NCBI GenBank assembly: GCA_009103225.1
Contig: RHPI01000977.1
Location: 1 to 64,000 of the forward strand
Reading direction: 5' to 3'
Length of the DNA stretch: 64,000 nucleotides
DNA from: Chlorokybus atmophyticus
Lineage: Eukaryota > Plantae > Mesostigma and Chlorokybus algae
Shown: positions 58,330-64,000 of the stretch, piece after piece
Layout: the number at the start of each line of letters is the position of its first letter
Numbering within the stretch: the stretch's first letter is position 1
The notes under the pieces: generated by a model
Seen by the model: only the letters and a program-made list of their open reading frames with translations
Database searches by the model: none
Told to the model about the DNA's origin: nothing
Program-made: the position numbers and the translations under genes

Positions 58330-59140
58330 TTGGCGTGCGCACGCTTGCGTGCACAGTTTAACGCTTGTGTGTGCATGCAAGCATGCCACATACAGTGTGT
58401 GTGCACTCCTGACTCACGGATCCGACCGCGTGTGCACGTGCGTGCGGTAACAGAAGTGGTTGCGTGGGCATACGAATGCGTACCAATGGACGAGCCGCCT
58501 TGGCCTTCCCTTTAGCGCTCTTGCTGACGGCCTTGACCATCTGCAGGGTTTGATGAGGTGTCAGTGCCTGCGTGCAATGCTGCTAATCACAGAAGTGCAC
58601 GCGCAGCACGTGCTCAACTATGTTGGCGTGCGTTAATGTGTGCATGCTTGTACGTGTGTATGCGTGCTTACATGTGCGTACCACACTACGCTTAGCTGCA
58701 TTCGCCTGAGTGCTTGCACCAGCTGTTGCTTATTAACTTGCCCCCTAAGTAGGTGGAGTACTTAGGTGGACAAGCACATGTGTTTAAATGAGTGCACGCA
58801 CGCGCGCATGTGCGTGCGCACACGCCCGTGCAACAACTTCAAGTGGTTGCGCGTGCATGTGTGTTGATGAGTGCGTACCACTGTGCGCGCAGCTTTCTTG
58901 GCCTTGTTTTTGGCTCTTGTCGAGCTCGTCCCATCGGTTTCTGTCTTCTGCTTAGGTGGACAAGCATGTGTATTTATACGAGTGCACGCACGCGCGCATG
59001 TGCGTGCGCACACGCGCGTGCGACAAATCAAGTGGTTGCGAATGCATGTGTTGATAAGTGCGTACCACTGTGCGCGCATCGTTCTTGGCCCTACTTTTTG
59101 CGCCTTTCGAGCTCGTACCGACCGTTTCTGTCCTCTGCAT
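58330..59140 (-). repeat. Tandem ~190-bp exon+intron units in an unknown Lys/Ala-rich gene
   Basis: Units 58761-58950 and 58951-59138 are highly similar, with a degenerate third at ~58330-58540. Each minus-strand unit is a short coding block ending AARTV or AARPL, followed by GTACGC...(CCTAAG). Confidence 0.7.
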
Positions 59141-59441
59141 GCGTTTACGAAGTTTAAAGGCCTTCGTGCGTCCGCTTGCAAGTGTAAGGGCATGTGTACT
59201 GCATTGTTTACCTCAGGTGGCGGTAGGCGATCAAGTCCATGCACACCAGAAACACGGTCTGGGCTCAGCTGTCGTGCATACTCCTCGGCCAACTCTCTTT
59301 TGCAATAGCAGGATATGTTGCGCTCGTCCCTCTTTTCAACGATGCTTGTCTGATCCGTCCCCCACACAAGCGCATTAGCCGCTGCTAGGTGCACAAAAGT
59401 GGCTTTGCTGTGCCACGAGAATGGACCTGCGCATCAACCGG

Positions 59442-59444
<3 letters not shown>

Positions 59445-59486
<42 letters not shown>
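59445..59486. repeat. (AG)21 microsatellite
   Basis: Perfect dinucleotide run. Confidence 0.95.
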
Positions 59487-59488
<2 letters not shown>

Positions 59489-62400
59489 GGTCCAGTATGT
59501 AGATTACCATGTGCGTATTGCATAGTAGCACTTACCAATGCGAAGTGTGCCTCTATCATAAGCAGGGTCACGCCATGCCTCCTGATCCTTTTTCATATAA
59601 TACATAAACCCGTCGCCTCCTGCAAAGCACCAAGCCTCGGTTCTTGATAATGTACCCGATTTGAGCCGCGTCTCTTGCGTTTCGATGGTAGCCACGGCGC
59701 GACAAACATCTTTGTGCACTCTCATGCCAGTGTTCTTAGTGTCAACCTGTGCGAGTGTACATCAAAGAGACATTCAAAGTGCACTCGACAAACCGTGGGT
59801 TATGGGATGTCAAGCGCACCGTTTTTCCATATGTGATGTTCGTGAAGTCGTCGTTCTCTTCAGTTTGATGGCAGAATAAGAAATCCCGATTGAACCTGCC
59901 ATACCCGCATCATATTAACAGTATGTTCAATGTGAACAGGATAATGTAATAAGAAATCCACTATCGTAAGCTTACTTTTGTTCGTCAGGGAAACTGTGCG
60001 TTGCGGTCGTGAATTTGCTGAACTTTTCTGAATCATAAAGCCACTGAGTGATAATTTCAATGAGGGCGTCCACATCAAAGCGTCTCTCATTGCGGTAGAA
60101 GGTGCCCAACATGATGTCATCAGCTGTAGCCCAGCATGCTAAGGGCCTGCATCAGGAACAAGCAATGTGAATATGCACGATACATACGGTAATATTCGCA
60201 AGTGTGTGCAAGCATGCAATTGATGTGAAACTTGTAGAAACGGGGAGCATACCCAAACTCCTTATAGATAATGAATAACTGCTCGCTGACATTCTTACGC
60301 CCATTGCCGGCGAACAGGTCTTTGTCGTACAACAAGCGCGGCAAACGAATCTTTCGTTCTTTTGCATTGAACTCCGAAAGTTTCTGCCTCAGATTCTCTC
60401 TCCATGCCTCATTTGCTACCTGTTTCAGATAGTGGTTCAAAGGCACATTGCAGTCAACTGTCAACATACAATTGCTACGGGTGTCAGTTGTCACACCACA
60501 ATTCTTGTCACACCACTATTGATTACCTGCATGTCAGGTCCCCAGTTTGCCAGATGTGACAACACTTGTGGCAGAGCAAGCACTGTCAGCCTATCGACCT
60601 TACGCCTGCTCTCCATAGGAGTCTGACAGAGCGGCCAACTGATGAGGTGTGTCTGCCAGAAAGCGATGTTGACGTGTCCAGTGCAGTCAAGCAGGACGAG
60701 GTACTTGCACTTTGCATTTGTCAGCTCCAACACCAATGACATGCGAGAGCATGCATTGTGCTCTCCATAATATCCGCAAGGGTAGGTGTCAATATTGTCA
60801 TATGTGTCGAGTGCAGCACCTGTGTCAACCGATCATTAGCGAGATGAACAACAATACAACGCAGACAGCATGTGCATTACACCCACCGGTAGCGGGATGC
60901 ACTTGAAGAACGAGTGCCTGCGTATTGGAGACTAAAAACAACAAATACACACTTTTCGCTGATTTGTAACAAGCTAAGACAGGTCGCGGTGTTCCGCCGC
61001 CGCCGCAACGGTCACACAACCAGCAGACAGGCGGTAGAATACTGTGCTCGAGAGGATGAAGTGAGGTTGTGCACCCGGGCGTCCATGCATGAGCAGACTG
61101 TCAAGGATTACTCCAATCCACAAGTTGCTTGGCTTGGCTTGGCTGAGCGGCGTTGGGCGGCGATGGCGGCGGAGGAGCGTATGTATGTTTGCGGGCGGCC
61201 CCCTCCTCTTCCCTCCTATCTTACGCTGCGGCGTTGGCTGCTGTTGGTTCACTGCAAGCCGCAGGTGATGCTGCTGTGGGTGGATGTGTGGGTGTGGTTT
61301 TCTTTCCTGCATGGCACGCAACCCTCACATGTGCGTTGCCGGTAACGTTAGCTAACATGCAGTTGCACAGCGTGCATTTCCAATCGGATGCGAAACGCGA
61401 TTCATACCTTGCCAATACCTGCGCGGGTCAAGTCAGATCGCATGCTGCACACAGGTTATCCTGTGAATGCACCACATGTGGTGCGCCTTGAATGAATACT
61501 ATCACTGCGACAGTGTCACATACTTTGCGGCGAAGCGTCATGTGTGTGACCCTCGCACAGGGCGTGTTGTACAATGACACAGTGCGCGCGTGTGCGTGTG
61601 CATGCGTGAGTACACACGTGCGCACGCATGTTGTGCGACGCGTGAGTACACACATGTGTGCTCCACACCATGCTGAATCCCCGTCCCCCCAATACGTAAG
61701 CATGTGCATGCGTGTGCGCACGTGTGTACATGTGTGTACATGTGTGTCTCACACACTCAAAAGCGTTGTATTGTTGCAGTTTGCAACGGGTTCCACGACC
61801 ATGGCGTTTATCTGGGCATGACGGACGGGGGCTGTTTTCCAAAGTCGTCGAGTCCACACTTGACACACACCACTTTGAAGGTAAGACAAGCACATGTGCA
61901 CAACTCGCAAACATTACACCGGGTTGTTACCTGTCACGAGCTTGCGTGCGCGTGTGACAACCACAGACCTACCAGGTTCGAAAGGAATGTGTACGAGCGC
62001 GACCACGCCCTCATCATGCCCGAAAGCTGCGTCTTTCGCCCGCTGCACGGCTGGTACACTGACCCGGTCCCGGTGTGGCACACCCGGTATGGCACACTCA
62101 CATTTGTTCCTTTTGACGCTGGTTGTAACATCTCTACAAAGAACAACAACAACTACAACCACAGCGGCAATGCGGATGTGGCGGTGATGGCAACGCGCGC
62201 GACGGGCACGCACTTCATTATGGCACTCGCCAAGCTCAGAAGTGAGTGCGGATTTTGTTCACAGTCACTTAAGCTACAAGGAGGAGAGTGATCCACTGTA
62301 CTGTGACAAGTGTGCATGCAGTGTAGAGTGTGTGTTGTCTCTCATCTGTACCAGCTGCTTGCCCGCAGGCAACGCCTCTCCCCCAGTACCATCCGAAGGC

Positions 62401-64000
62401 GTGGAAAGGTCACGCTCACGCACACGACGGCGCCATCAACTTGCACTCAACCAACTTGTCTCCACATGAGCTACAGGTGAGAAAGACAACGGTCACTTTA
62501 TGTTTGACACCCATCATTGTTTGGGGTGTGTTACTGAGTGGTGTGAGCGACATGTGCCATTGACGCGCAACTCCCTCATAGGTTGATGGGTACGCTTACT
62601 TTCCATCAGGCCACAAGCCCTCCATTGAGTCCACGCACGGTGCCATCCTTTGGTTTGAGAGCAAGTGGGTGGATCAGACGTGTGTGCGTGCATGTGCATG
62701 TGCATGTCCGATTCCAAGTCAGTGCGCACACACACGTGAATGTGCGCGCATGTTCATCTGCATCATGTATGTATGTGCGTGTGCGCATATGCACACGTGC
62801 ATGTTTGCCAATGGCCGCTCTTGCGTGCTGAGTGGAGAGATAATGTGCATGACGCCGATCTCCCTCTCTACTTATGATCTACTTTGCCATACAGGTGAAC
62901 CCGGTTGGTCTCCTCTACTTTCATCCGGGCGGCCAGCACAACCCAGGCCTCCGTTCTTACAACCACCGCCAAGTTCACACCCACCTCGGCGGACTTTGGC
63001 GACGAGGCCTTTTATATGTGGGTTGGCACACAAGTGCATAAGCAACCTTACTGACAAGATGCTGCTTGACATTGCTTCAACTCGCGCCAGTCCGGACCAC
63101 ATCTTGCTCTGCCACATGCTGCGTGCTTTGGCACAGAGTGTGTATGCGCTGGGGCCGCTTCCTGTCCTGCGACAGCCTTGCAATCGTAAGCTCGCAGACT
63201 CTGCCAAAACCGCAATCAATCCTAATTCTGTTCGGTCGTGTGAACCAGCAGCCTCCTTATTTTGCACCATATACCCGCTCGTACCGGGGGCTCCACGGCA
63301 ACATTAGCCCTGTCGCCCCGGTACTCGGTGTATATCTAGTACGTGTTATGATAGGCTCAGGCTACCACTGGTGGCATGCGTCTCCTGGTTCATAGGTCAA
63401 GCACGTCATGGGTTGGGGTTGTCGTGACAAAGTCAAGACAACCCCAACCCATTCGTTAATGCATTCCAGGTTGGATGCCGCTTACCTGTTCAACGACCGG
63501 ATCTGCACCCGCGCGCGGCACTTTGTCCCGGTACCTGTCACTGCGTCAGCCTTAGAGGACGCAGCGGGCGGCATGGGCGCGGACCAGAGCGAGCGCGTGA
63601 GCAGCGGCGGGGCGGAGGGGCGACGACGACGCACACACAAGCGGGGGGCACCACGCAGCCAGCTGACACCGCACCGGGCGAAGGTGCGTTGCCGTTTGTG
63701 GTTCGTGAGGCCGCTGCTTGCGGCGAGCACAGCATGCCAGAACAGCATGCCAACTAGCTAGCCACACCTAGGGAAACCATGCAATGCTTGACAACGTGCA
63801 TGTCACTCGGTGCAAGATGGGGGTGCTGGCGTTGGTTAGTAGTGGTGCATGGCAGGACAATTGCTAGTTCATCTTGTAAATTGCATGTGCATGCAAATGA
63901 GCAGTTCATAAGATGTCAACCGTTCAGTGAGTGTTAGGGTTGGCCGCAATCTCAGTGCAGCCGCCCGCTGGTTGCGTGTTGTGAATCTTGGAGACTACAC

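Overview
Eukaryotic, intron-containing, transposon-dense DNA with a few Ns. It is probably from a green or streptophyte alga, inferred from the chromoviruses, the DNMT-carrying Ty3/gypsy elements, a TIR-NB-ARC-TPR gene and an NLR-type LRR. Layout: (1) 1-15.7 kb, nested Ty3/gypsy LTR retrotransposons, including two minus-strand copies whose pol carries a DNMT3-like cytosine methyltransferase, one of them with a C-terminal PHD finger; (2) 18.1-25.2 kb, a complete but decayed chromovirus with both LTRs, PBS, PPT and a 5-bp TSD; (3) 25.6-34.7 kb, non-coding motif arrays, palindromes and a tRNA-like sequence; (4) 35-41 kb, an AcademX-like DNA transposase (DDE-like + XPG/FEN1 + Cys8), followed at 41.3-43.1 kb by a spliced gene fusing a Tudor domain to an apparently intact prokaryote/phage-type C5 DNA methyltransferase, the most interesting finding; (5) 47-55.4 kb, immune-type genes (frameshifted TIR-NB-ARC-TPR and an LRR fragment); (6) 56-64 kb, unresolved spliced gene fragments and repeats. 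All family calls come from reading motifs by eye; no searches were run.
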